Positions 18,501-26,841 of a stretch of DNA of 64,000 bases are shown here, piece after piece. The stretch is from Candidatus Endomicrobium macrotermitis. Its GTDB lineage: Bacteria; Elusimicrobiota; Endomicrobiia; Endomicrobiales; Endomicrobiaceae. The notes under the pieces were generated by a model that saw only the letters and a program-made list of their open reading frames with translations, was not told where the DNA came from and did no database searches. The stretch is from NCBI GenBank assembly GCA_031271405.1, contig JAISVT010000039.1:36149-100148 (forward strand), written 5' to 3'. A program made the position numbers and the translations under genes. Every line of letters starts with the position of its first letter. The stretch's first letter is position 1.

Positions 18501-21500
18501 CTGGCCGAATATGTCGAAACGTTTAAAACAATTGCCGCAAGTTCAAAAGAAGGAGTGAATCCGACTACCGGAAAAACGACAAACCCCGTAAAAGAGAAGT
18601 CTGCAAAACAGATCGGAGGCTTTGAAGACCGGCAATACCAGAGATATTCCGATGAAGGGTTAAAGCACGCTGACGAACTGGCTGTCGTTTTAGTTGCAGG
18701 CGGAGTCGGAGACAGGCTGCGTTATAAGGTCAGAAATGAAAAAGGCGAACTTGTTGACGGTATTAAAATAGGCATACAGCCGAGTATAATAGACCAGCAA
18801 AGCTATCTTGAAAACGTGCTTAGTGAAATGGACGGATATGCATTGCAGCAAGGGAACAATGCGCATCCGATCCTTACGATAATGACGAGCGACAGCACTC
18901 ATGATATGACGGTCAAGTTTATTACCGAGAAGCTCGGATACACGCTTAAAGAAGTTGAAGTCGCGCCCGGCATTGTGAGAGTTGAATTGACCAATAATGC
19001 GAGGCCTACCGATAAGATATACATAATGACTCAAAAAAATGTGCCGGGGATTTTGGGCCCTGACGGAAGGCTTGCGATTGCCGAAGATAAAGATGAAGCG
19101 GGCAATCCTACCGGACATTACTCCCTCGAGACAAAACCGCACGGGCACGGAGACGTCCACGAATTGATGTACAGGACGGGCGTTGCGGGCGAATTGCAAA
19201 AGGCCGGAAAAAGCAAACTGATGTTTATACAAGACACAAACGGCGCGGTTATGAATACGGCGCTTTCTATGACCGGAATGATGTTTGAAGAAGGCAAGAA
19301 ACTTGCTGTTGGCACCGTTGCCATAGATCCCGGTGTTGACGCCGTAGGCTCCCTCATAGAAGTAACCGATCCCGAGACCGGAAGAACGTATGTGTTTAAT
19401 TTAGAATACAATTACGTAAAAGAGATGATAAAAAACGGGACGATAAAACAAGAGGATGTACCGAATTACATAAACGGAAATGTCAATATATTTGCGGTTG
19501 ACGTGGGCGCGTATATCGGTATTTTGGAAAGAACGGAGGGGAAAGTCGGAGAATTTACGAACCCTAAGCCTTCTTCGGACCCCAATACGTATAAATCTAC
19601 TGCCAGAATAGAAACCGAAATGCAGAGAATATATACGGAATTTGCCGAAGATGAAGTCGGCATAATAAATTTTCATGACAGGCCGTTTGCTTTCACTACG
19701 GCAAAGAACGGGATAAGAAATGCCGACGGCAGTTTTGTTGAGGGCGAACAAAAAGAAACTCTTCCTTCTTCCGAAGAAGATATCAATGAAAATTACAGAA
19801 AGATTTTGAGATTCGCCGGAGTTGAAGTTTCTGAAGCAGGAGAGGAAATAACTCTCGGACAGCAATATAAGAGAGGCTCTCAGATAAAGTTAAGGAATTG
19901 GGGATATACGCCCGATTCCGTGAAGGCCAGATTCAGCGGAAAAAATACAATAAGCGCAAGAAGCGCCGTCAGGTTGGACGGAAATGTGGGCTTTAACGGC
20001 CTTTCTGTTGACGGAGCCGTTAATGTCGTTGCCGCAAAAGGCGTAAGCGTAAGATTAAACGGCGCTATACAAAATGACGGCTACAGGACCGTTATGTATG
20101 CGGATGACGGTGAAAAAGCAAGAGAATTGCTTGAGCAGAAGCAATATGACCTTATGTCGCAATACGGCGTAAGGGGATATTACGCCGAGAAACTTCAGGA
20201 ACTGGACATAAAAATAACCCGTCCGGGTAACTATGAAGTATCGGTTGCCGGCAATAGAGTTATTGTAAGAGATACGGCCAGCGGAAGAGTCGCAATATTT
20301 GATTCCCTGAATGTTGAGGTTGACTCAAAAACAGAATTTACCGAAATGGAATCAATCGGCGAGGCAGAGCAACCGCAAGCCGGCGCGGTGCGGGCAAAAA
20401 CAGAACCTTTAACAAAAACGAATATTTGGCAGTCATTGAAAAGAGCTTACGACATAATGAAGAGAACGACAATAGCGGAATTGTACAAAAACGACCCCGA
20501 CAGGCAAACGAGAGAGTTGAGAGAGCGCAATTATACTATGTCGTTAAACGGCGAAAGTACGAATATGAGGTTTGATTTCGGTTTTAACAATCTTACTCAA
20601 GACGAAATTTCTCTGTTGTTGGATTTGGCCAGAGACAGGGACGTAAAAGGTTTTATAAGAGATATGATGAGCGGCGTAAAAATAAACACGTCCGAAAACA
20701 GGGCGGTTTTGCATACGGCTTTAAGAAACGTAAAAATGGAAAACGGCAAAATTGTAAGTTTAGGCCCTGTTTACGTTGACGGACAAGATGTTATGCCGCA
20801 GATAATACGCGAGCTGGAAAAAGCAAGAAATTTCGTAAACAGGTTGCACGGCGGCGAACTGAAAGGCGCCACGGGCAAACCTATTAAAACCATAGTAAGC
20901 ATAGGAATAGGCGGTTCGGACTTGGGGCCGAGAATGGCCTCGGAAGCATTGGAAAAATACAGAAAAGAGGGAATAGAGGTTAAATATATATCTAACGTTG
21001 AACCGAGGGCGGTTCAGAAAATTATTGAAAGCATAGACGACCTGGAAACTACTTTAATAATAGTCGAATCAAAAACGTTTACCACTCAAGAGACTACAAC
21101 TAATGCGCAAGCTGTAAAGGAACAGTTGATTGAAAAACTTAAAGCAAGCGCTGCTCTGGAAGCGGTTGTAACAAAAATGTCGGGAGACCAAATGTATGTA
21201 ATGGAGTTCGAATTGGTTCAAGCCGGAGAAGAAGGACACCGGATACCGATGGAAGATATTGAAAGTATTCAGGAGCGTGCCGAAAAAAGGCTTGCCGAAA
21301 GAAATATTAACGTTGCGCAGCTCAAAGCCGAAAAATATGAAGAGCGTGTAAAGTTTTATCTTGAAGAGAGAAAACGCAAATATGCGGAAGAAAAGGCCTC
21401 TGTGGGAGAAACGGTCAGCCAGGCAGATCTGGACAGTATAAGAGTGCCGTTATATGTTGATGAAAAGGCGGCGGAGCTTGATACTATGCGCTGGTATCTC

Positions 21501-24500
21501 GATTATATAAGCAAAGAGTATCAGGAAGAGCTTTCGGATTATATAGTTTCCAGGCATTTTGTCGCCGTGTCAACGGCAAAACAGCTGGTGGATGAGTTCG
21601 GCATAGATTCCGACAACAATATGTTTGAATTCTGGGATTTTGTCGGCGGCAGATACTCAATATGGTCAACGATAGGGCTGCCTTTGATGTGTTCCATAGG
21701 GTTTGACAACTTTATGGATATGTTGAAAGGCGCAAATACCATGGATCGCCACACTCTGGAAGCCGATTACGAAGATAATATCCCGATGAGGCTGGCATTA
21801 ATATGGATGTGGTACAGCAATTTCTACGGGTATGATCTCCATGCCGTAATTTCTTACAGCGAAGATTTGGCCAAGTTTGCGAAATATCTGCAGCAGCTGT
21901 ATATGGAAAGTCTTGGGAAATTTGTGGACAAAGACGGGAACCCCGTAGATTATAAAACGGGAGTGGCCGTTTTTGGAGAACCCGGAACGGATTCACAGCA
22001 CTCTTTCTTCCAGTTATTTCATCAGGGAACCGTAATAACTCCTATCGATTTCATCGGTTTTGTCATAGCTCCTGCGATAAAAGAAAATATGCCTATGGAA
22101 GAGCGTAGAAAAATACAGGGAAGACACGATATATTTATGTCGAATCTTTACGCGCAGCGCGAAGCAATGGCATTCGGTAAAGATTATGAGCAGGTTAAAG
22201 CCGAAACGGAAGCTTTAAGAGATGAAGTTGTAAATAAAATGAAAGCAGAAAACGCGTTATACGCCGACATAGAGTTTGAAATAGCGAGATGGAACGCAAT
22301 TGTTCCGCAAAAAGCATTTGAAGGAAACAGGCCTTCAAACTTAATTTTATTTGACAGATTAACTCCCGAAGCTTTGGGAATGAATATCGCATTGTATGAG
22401 CATTTAACGGCAATTCAGTCCGCGATATGGAACATAAACGCATTTGACCAATGGGGAGTTGAACTAGGCAAATCCCTTGCGAAAATATTGCAGCCGTTTA
22501 TGGGATTGGGCAAAGAGGCGGCTAAATTAGCAGGAAAAGTCAGCGGCACAACTTTAGACAATGTCGGATATTACAACAATGTGCTTGAAAATGCCCCCGA
22601 GTTTGCCCAAGCCGCGGCAGAGCCTTTCAACCGCGGCGGCATAGTTGCCCGTACAGCCGAAGCATGGCTGGGCAGGATGCAGGCGATGTTTACTAAAAAA
22701 GAAACAGAAAAAGCAGAGGCAGAAAAAGACTCGGAAAAAAAGCAAATATTGGAAGCGAAAATAGGCGAAGGCGCGGCGCTTACGGAAAGGCTTTTTGCAC
22801 AGTTTGAAATTTTGACCAGGACAGCGTTGGCGGAAGAAATGTCAGCCGAACAAATAGTGGATCTTTTTGCCAATAGAGATATCGAGATAGAAGTTGACGG
22901 AGTTAAAAAGACGGTCAAAGGGCTTACGAAAGAAGAAGCCGAAAAAATGAAGGCAACGTCTCTCAATCCCGAAAGCGAGGATAGAATTAAGTTCGGTACC
23001 GCGGGATACAGAAAACAATTCGGTCCGATGTTTAATTATGTTCATGCTATGGTAATCGCCCAGGCTGATGCTATGCGGCTGAAAGCAAAGAAAAGAATTC
23101 CCAGAGTGCTTATAGGGTATGATACGAGATTTATGTCTAAAGAGATTGCGGAAATTTATGCCGGCGTACTTTCCGCAAACGGAATCAACGTATATTTAAG
23201 CGACAAAGACATCCCTACTCCGGTAATTTCGTACTTGTTAAAACTCGGGGGATACGACAGCGCGGTCAATATAACCGCAAGCCATAACGCTTTTGACAAT
23301 AACGGCATCAAAATAAACGAAGCAAACGGAGGACAGGCTGTTCAGGAAACGACAAGCGCTTTAGAAAGAAATATAACCGACATAGTTTCAAACGGCGTAA
23401 AAATCAGGTATATACCTGCTGAGCAAGGCAAGAGGATTGCCAGGAGAGGAGTCGGCAGAATTAATGTATTGACGGATAAAGAGGCTATGGACGTATATTT
23501 GAGCGGTTTGGAAGCAATGCTGGAAGGGCTGGGTATAGATAAAACAGACGGAAATCTTAAAGGAAATGCCGCCGGAAGTTTCCTTGCGGTTGACACGAAA
23601 AGCGGAACCTCTCCCGCCTATTTCAAAAGAATGCTCGAGATGTTCGGAATTACGGAAGCCAACGGCAATCTTTCCATGATCAACGATGAATTCGATCCGA
23701 CTTTCCAAGGCGAAGATCCTAACCCCGACAGAAACATTGACAAATTGGTTGAAACCGTTACGGAAGCATTTAATCGCGGCAGGCTTTCTGTCGGAATTGC
23801 TACGGATCCTGACGCGGACAGGCTGGGTTTTACAGTTAACGGCATACGTTATACTACCGATCAGTTGATTTTTGCCGTAACCAGCGAAACATTGATGAAT
23901 GCTATCAGGGAATATGACGCTACCGGCAGAAAACAGGTCTTTGCGGAAGTTATAAACCAGCCTACAAGCGCTTCGACGGAATCTTTGAGGGATAATCTCG
24001 AAAACGCCGCCGGCATAATAGCCGATGAAAAAGGATTGACGGGGCAGGCAAAAGCCGACTTCATAAATGAAGTAAAAAATAACGTAACGTTTGAAGTTGT
24101 GCGCACCCCCGTAGGATTCAAGTGGATTGCTCCGGAACTGGAAGCTCTTGAAAAGAGAGCCGCGAAAGGCGAAACCGATTATTGGATTATCGGCGCGGAA
24201 GAATCCGGCGCTCTTGTTTTGGGCAAGAACAAAGTCCTTACTTACGATAAAGACGGTATTTTTATCATGCTCTATCTGGCGCTTCTCACCATTAAGACCG
24301 GCAAAAGCATGGCCGAAATGCTTGAAACGGCTGATAAAATCACGGGCTGGACTCCGGAAAAATATTTACAGAATATAGGGCTCGGCGAACTTTCTCAGCT
24401 TGCCGTGGTCAAAGAATATTTGAGGAATGCTTCAATTCCGGGCGCTGCACAATCGAGCTTTATAGATTCTTTAGCCGAAATAATGGAAAAATACGGCGCT

Positions 24501-26726
24501 AAAATTACCGGAGTTAAAGACGTAAATATTATTAACGGAGTGAAAGTTGACGAAGATTCCACAAAGGCAAAAGACGATAAAGACCAGCCTTTCGAAGGAG
24601 TGGAAATAACTACCGATAAAGGTATTAGGGTAATTGTGAGGCTTTCGGGTACGGAACCTATAGTAAAAGCTTATGTCGATACGGATTATGCCGAAGTCGG
24701 GAGCGAAGTGAAAAACGGAAAGACGGTTCCCGTAACTAAAGCCCAAGATATTGCCAAATCTTTTGAAAAGGTTGTTAAAGATGTGGCTTCACCGGAAACC
24801 GCGCAGCAAGAAACCGAATCCGGTATTCAAAAAATCATAAGCGACATTATCAAAGCTATCGCCGGGCTTTTGGGGATAAATTTGAGGAGCACTTATATTT
24901 CTAAAAACGCTTCGGAGCTTATCGGCAAGGAAGATACTATAATCCTCGGGGAATATTCCGACGATCAGTCTTTGTTCGACAATGCCGCCGAAAAAGCCGC
25001 GCTCGGCAAGAACGTAAATATAATTATGCCTTACGGCGCCGCGGCGGAAACAATCGAATCCGTAGGAAACACCGGTTCAAGGCATATTTACAAAAAGACT
25101 ATTACTCAGGATAACGGTTACTCGGTCAATGTCTGGTACTATTCCGGCGAAGTAACGGATTCGGCCGCGGCTTATGACGCTTTCAATTATGTGGCAAACG
25201 AGATCGGAGGAAATATCGGGATAGTGGAAAACGCGTCGAATATTTCTCTTAACGATATTACCGTTGCCGCGCCGCTGGCCGCAGTTTTCAAAGTAACGTC
25301 TAATGCCGCCGAAGACATTCAGGCGAAAAACGAAGGATATCAGAATTTTACCAACGGGATGTCCGAAGAAGACAAAGTCAAAGTTTTGGCCGGCAGGCAA
25401 AAAGAAGACAGGGAAGGCGACAATATGAGAAACCAGCTTCCGCTGATAACCAATGTCGGCGCAGCGCAAATAAAAAATACGGATATGATCGCGTCTCTTA
25501 TGACTACGGTGTTTTCCGTAGAGATTGCGTCCGTTTCCGAATTTGAGCAAAATGCCGGCGACCTGATAAATTTTATCAGAGCGGCTCACGCGGCGGATAA
25601 AAGAGTAGTTTTGAATTTTAAACCCGCGAACGCGCAGGAAGCTGGAAAGATTATGGAAATGATAAACGGCAAAGGATTAAGGGGCTTGAGAATCAGCTTG
25701 ACGGAAAACGGAGTAAGATCGGGCATCGACGGAGTAATGTTTGATTTCGATTCGCTCGGCAGCGAAGAATTCAATAAGATCGCAGGCAGCCTGGCAACAG
25801 CCGCTTCCGCGGTAAAGAGAGAAAATTCCGGCGCGATAATATCCGTTAAGTCCGATTTTTACGCGCAGCGCATCGCCGGCATCGACAACTATAACGAATA
25901 TATCAACATAAGCGGAAATTACAATGAGAATACGGTTGACGTAAACGAAATTGCGCAATCCGCCAAAGACGCCATTGAAAGAGGGGCAAAGGCTTTGGTC
26001 ATAGACTACGAAGTTTTAGAGCTTTTGCAAACGCGCGGAATAAATGTCGATATATACGGCCTTTTCCTGGGGATAGTTGCAGCATGGACTTCGTATGTAA
26101 AGAAAACGCCGGAAGGCATTTACAGAAACGCAAGGCGTTCGGGATATAAAGAGAATATAAATTTGACTCCCGAGCAGGAAAGCGGATTGTATGAAGCGTT
26201 GAGAGAATTAAATGCCGGAAACAAAGCCGCGGTGCAAACGGTTTCCGAAATTTTGCAAACGTCCAAAGCGAATGTTTTGGACAAAGAAGAAACGGCGGAA
26301 GCAAGAGGCTACGTACAGGGCGTTCTTGAACAGTTTTTGGTTAAGAATTTCGGCGAAAAGACGTTTGAATATAAAACAAACGCGGACGTTTACAGAATCG
26401 CTTTGGTAATGGCGAAAATGAACGGGATGAGCGACGATGCCGTAAAAAGCGCGCTGGACAGTGATTCCGAAAAAATAGCGCAAATGCTTGTCAGGCTCGA
26501 TATAGACGACGTATCTGCCGGACAGGTGCAAAAAGACGTACAGGAAGGAATTAACGTTCTCATTTCGGATTTGGAAGATAACAGGATTGACAATGACGGA
26601 AAACCTCAGGCGATTACCGACTTGCTGGCTATGCTCGGCATAGCTCAAACTACCGAAGTCAAAATGGAACAGGTTAAATTTGACGATCAGCGCGCGGGAA
26701 TTGTCGCAATTTTGTCCGCAGCGTAA
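15555..26726 (+). CDS. Giant (3723 aa) signal-peptide protein: N-terminal QDLH/EG/GGFH domain, UDP-sugar pyrophosphorylase, glucose-6-phosphate isomerase, phosphoglucomutase-family domain, C-terminal domain
   Basis: Uninterrupted 11.2 kb ORF, SD gaaagggg, signal peptide ending ANAFA, enzyme motifs listed in the domain features. Confidence 0.93.
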   Translation: MSKIIKMLNFKKIVSAVTAVCFTFSIFSANAFAAPAQSAAPALQTVNASPALNPSNFVVPFNIGRVTDSVNFKSDKVIVQIQDLHAHEETQRNIAGILSLLDSKYGISKVYVEGAVGGVDTSWLAGISNESLKSSITDSLLAEGVLTGSELFSVNSGKTNILKGIEDRKAYLDNFQRLITIDSQRDEIKSLFPEIRMILSYLADRHYGKENRRIGSIVNRYRNGKISFDKYFSFLVKKAKQQNVYFGFYPSIVLLADIMKVQNRLNKNKINSQIAGFLEELKSELAYSEYKELIEYSSKPETEGVFYFKLAEFYNKGNYGGKYPELAKFLQFIDLNQTINPINLVNEERALLWEVKNKAAVNGKEKELIYLSSFIDLLEGFLENKITAPEYQYFERELPKFKTLWTKYTRMTELPALERYYSLFESFYKVNVERNNIFVKEISGNLPGTKASNMTFSGDMVMTDAAGLLESAKEVEVVVTGGFHTQDVSRILQNARQSYIVITPNVTRDADLADKLFAEDVIRISKYIPTNTFQKALQSARLDLTDGSVKSAVGIFFQKAVIDAFKAEAEKQLQDNGIDPSKVSAAELSEGITEGIENSSIKSELSKKGVEDFTIKGVAVNSDGSYLVTVESKGIETVYLVAESGISDASADTGSAEEKPNVIIAIAGDIAEGLSNAVNNIGEFFGLADNRAGSTINFLIAYDNYKALPAGSQNNQAYAENLKSAIDEVEKLGDRVSDSLRQQVEEAKVQTGWTPAAPLLTADSTKKAFSRFFGERFTNTIVGRFIVSVIIAPFYERSKLMEIYELRGMADNPGLNEEESADIRRQADEALRDFLMDHEDYKMGEYDERAAYRAASSNIFRISGRAYIAVLRVTKIEALANLAANIANVAAHMASNFAGITKGGIVLTRDAEAVAVPNEQQISALLSSMNLSAENERTFREIIGILIELNDTNALDAIFNKANNENRIELLSALAELNNRRSLAEYVETFKTIAASSKEGVNPTTGKTTNPVKEKSAKQIGGFEDRQYQRYSDEGLKHADELAVVLVAGGVGDRLRYKVRNEKGELVDGIKIGIQPSIIDQQSYLENVLSEMDGYALQQGNNAHPILTIMTSDSTHDMTVKFITEKLGYTLKEVEVAPGIVRVELTNNARPTDKIYIMTQKNVPGILGPDGRLAIAEDKDEAGNPTGHYSLETKPHGHGDVHELMYRTGVAGELQKAGKSKLMFIQDTNGAVMNTALSMTGMMFEEGKKLAVGTVAIDPGVDAVGSLIEVTDPETGRTYVFNLEYNYVKEMIKNGTIKQEDVPNYINGNVNIFAVDVGAYIGILERTEGKVGEFTNPKPSSDPNTYKSTARIETEMQRIYTEFAEDEVGIINFHDRPFAFTTAKNGIRNADGSFVEGEQKETLPSSEEDINENYRKILRFAGVEVSEAGEEITLGQQYKRGSQIKLRNWGYTPDSVKARFSGKNTISARSAVRLDGNVGFNGLSVDGAVNVVAAKGVSVRLNGAIQNDGYRTVMYADDGEKARELLEQKQYDLMSQYGVRGYYAEKLQELDIKITRPGNYEVSVAGNRVIVRDTASGRVAIFDSLNVEVDSKTEFTEMESIGEAEQPQAGAVRAKTEPLTKTNIWQSLKRAYDIMKRTTIAELYKNDPDRQTRELRERNYTMSLNGESTNMRFDFGFNNLTQDEISLLLDLARDRDVKGFIRDMMSGVKINTSENRAVLHTALRNVKMENGKIVSLGPVYVDGQDVMPQIIRELEKARNFVNRLHGGELKGATGKPIKTIVSIGIGGSDLGPRMASEALEKYRKEGIEVKYISNVEPRAVQKIIESIDDLETTLIIVESKTFTTQETTTNAQAVKEQLIEKLKASAALEAVVTKMSGDQMYVMEFELVQAGEEGHRIPMEDIESIQERAEKRLAERNINVAQLKAEKYEERVKFYLEERKRKYAEEKASVGETVSQADLDSIRVPLYVDEKAAELDTMRWYLDYISKEYQEELSDYIVSRHFVAVSTAKQLVDEFGIDSDNNMFEFWDFVGGRYSIWSTIGLPLMCSIGFDNFMDMLKGANTMDRHTLEADYEDNIPMRLALIWMWYSNFYGYDLHAVISYSEDLAKFAKYLQQLYMESLGKFVDKDGNPVDYKTGVAVFGEPGTDSQHSFFQLFHQGTVITPIDFIGFVIAPAIKENMPMEERRKIQGRHDIFMSNLYAQREAMAFGKDYEQVKAETEALRDEVVNKMKAENALYADIEFEIARWNAIVPQKAFEGNRPSNLILFDRLTPEALGMNIALYEHLTAIQSAIWNINAFDQWGVELGKSLAKILQPFMGLGKEAAKLAGKVSGTTLDNVGYYNNVLENAPEFAQAAAEPFNRGGIVARTAEAWLGRMQAMFTKKETEKAEAEKDSEKKQILEAKIGEGAALTERLFAQFEILTRTALAEEMSAEQIVDLFANRDIEIEVDGVKKTVKGLTKEEAEKMKATSLNPESEDRIKFGTAGYRKQFGPMFNYVHAMVIAQADAMRLKAKKRIPRVLIGYDTRFMSKEIAEIYAGVLSANGINVYLSDKDIPTPVISYLLKLGGYDSAVNITASHNAFDNNGIKINEANGGQAVQETTSALERNITDIVSNGVKIRYIPAEQGKRIARRGVGRINVLTDKEAMDVYLSGLEAMLEGLGIDKTDGNLKGNAAGSFLAVDTKSGTSPAYFKRMLEMFGITEANGNLSMINDEFDPTFQGEDPNPDRNIDKLVETVTEAFNRGRLSVGIATDPDADRLGFTVNGIRYTTDQLIFAVTSETLMNAIREYDATGRKQVFAEVINQPTSASTESLRDNLENAAGIIADEKGLTGQAKADFINEVKNNVTFEVVRTPVGFKWIAPELEALEKRAAKGETDYWIIGAEESGALVLGKNKVLTYDKDGIFIMLYLALLTIKTGKSMAEMLETADKITGWTPEKYLQNIGLGELSQLAVVKEYLRNASIPGAAQSSFIDSLAEIMEKYGAKITGVKDVNIINGVKVDEDSTKAKDDKDQPFEGVEITTDKGIRVIVRLSGTEPIVKAYVDTDYAEVGSEVKNGKTVPVTKAQDIAKSFEKVVKDVASPETAQQETESGIQKIISDIIKAIAGLLGINLRSTYISKNASELIGKEDTIILGEYSDDQSLFDNAAEKAALGKNVNIIMPYGAAAETIESVGNTGSRHIYKKTITQDNGYSVNVWYYSGEVTDSAAAYDAFNYVANEIGGNIGIVENASNISLNDITVAAPLAAVFKVTSNAAEDIQAKNEGYQNFTNGMSEEDKVKVLAGRQKEDREGDNMRNQLPLITNVGAAQIKNTDMIASLMTTVFSVEIASVSEFEQNAGDLINFIRAAHAADKRVVLNFKPANAQEAGKIMEMINGKGLRGLRISLTENGVRSGIDGVMFDFDSLGSEEFNKIAGSLATAASAVKRENSGAIISVKSDFYAQRIAGIDNYNEYINISGNYNENTVDVNEIAQSAKDAIERGAKALVIDYEVLELLQTRGINVDIYGLFLGIVAAWTSYVKKTPEGIYRNARRSGYKENINLTPEQESGLYEALRELNAGNKAAVQTVSEILQTSKANVLDKEETAEARGYVQGVLEQFLVKNFGEKTFEYKTNADVYRIALVMAKMNGMSDDAVKSALDSDSEKIAQMLVRLDIDDVSAGQVQKDVQEGINVLISDLEDNRIDNDGKPQAITDLLAMLGIAQTTEVKMEQVKFDDQRAGIVAILSAA
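18600..20270 (+). other. Domain: UDP-sugar pyrophosphorylase (USP/UGPase family)
   Basis: VVLVAGGVGDRL, TKPHGHGDVH, FIQDTN, NLEYN, GNVN, EFTNPK, TARIETEMQ, then a beta-helix-like tail (LSVDGAV). Boundaries approximate. Confidence 0.85.
20410..22590 (+). other. Domain: glucose-6-phosphate isomerase with ~130-aa insertion
   Basis: [65 protein letters not shown]. Boundaries approximate. Confidence 0.95.
22980..24790 (+). other. Domain: alpha-D-phosphohexomutase (PGM/PMM)
   Basis: FGTAGYR, GYDTR, phosphoserine loop ITASHN, metal loop TDPDADR, TPVGFKWI, GAEESG, DKDG, RLSGTEP. Boundaries approximate. Confidence 0.95.
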
Positions 26727-26747
26727 AAACAGCTTGCTTTTTCCGGA

Positions 26748-26787
26748 CCGGCAGCCCGAAGATATTCGGGCTGCCGGCTTTTTTATT
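26748..26787 (+). terminator. Intrinsic terminator after the giant gene
   Basis: ccggcagcccgaa-gata-ttcgggctgccgg followed by a T-run. Confidence 0.9.
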
Positions 26788-26841
26788 TATAAAGATATAT
26801 TGAAAAATCAATCATTTTGTGTTATAAATATAATCTATCTT

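Noticed and set aside
26680-26841. N-terminal extension of cca as given in the ORF track
   Set aside because: It runs through the giant gene's end and terminator; the real start is more likely 26842 or 26848.
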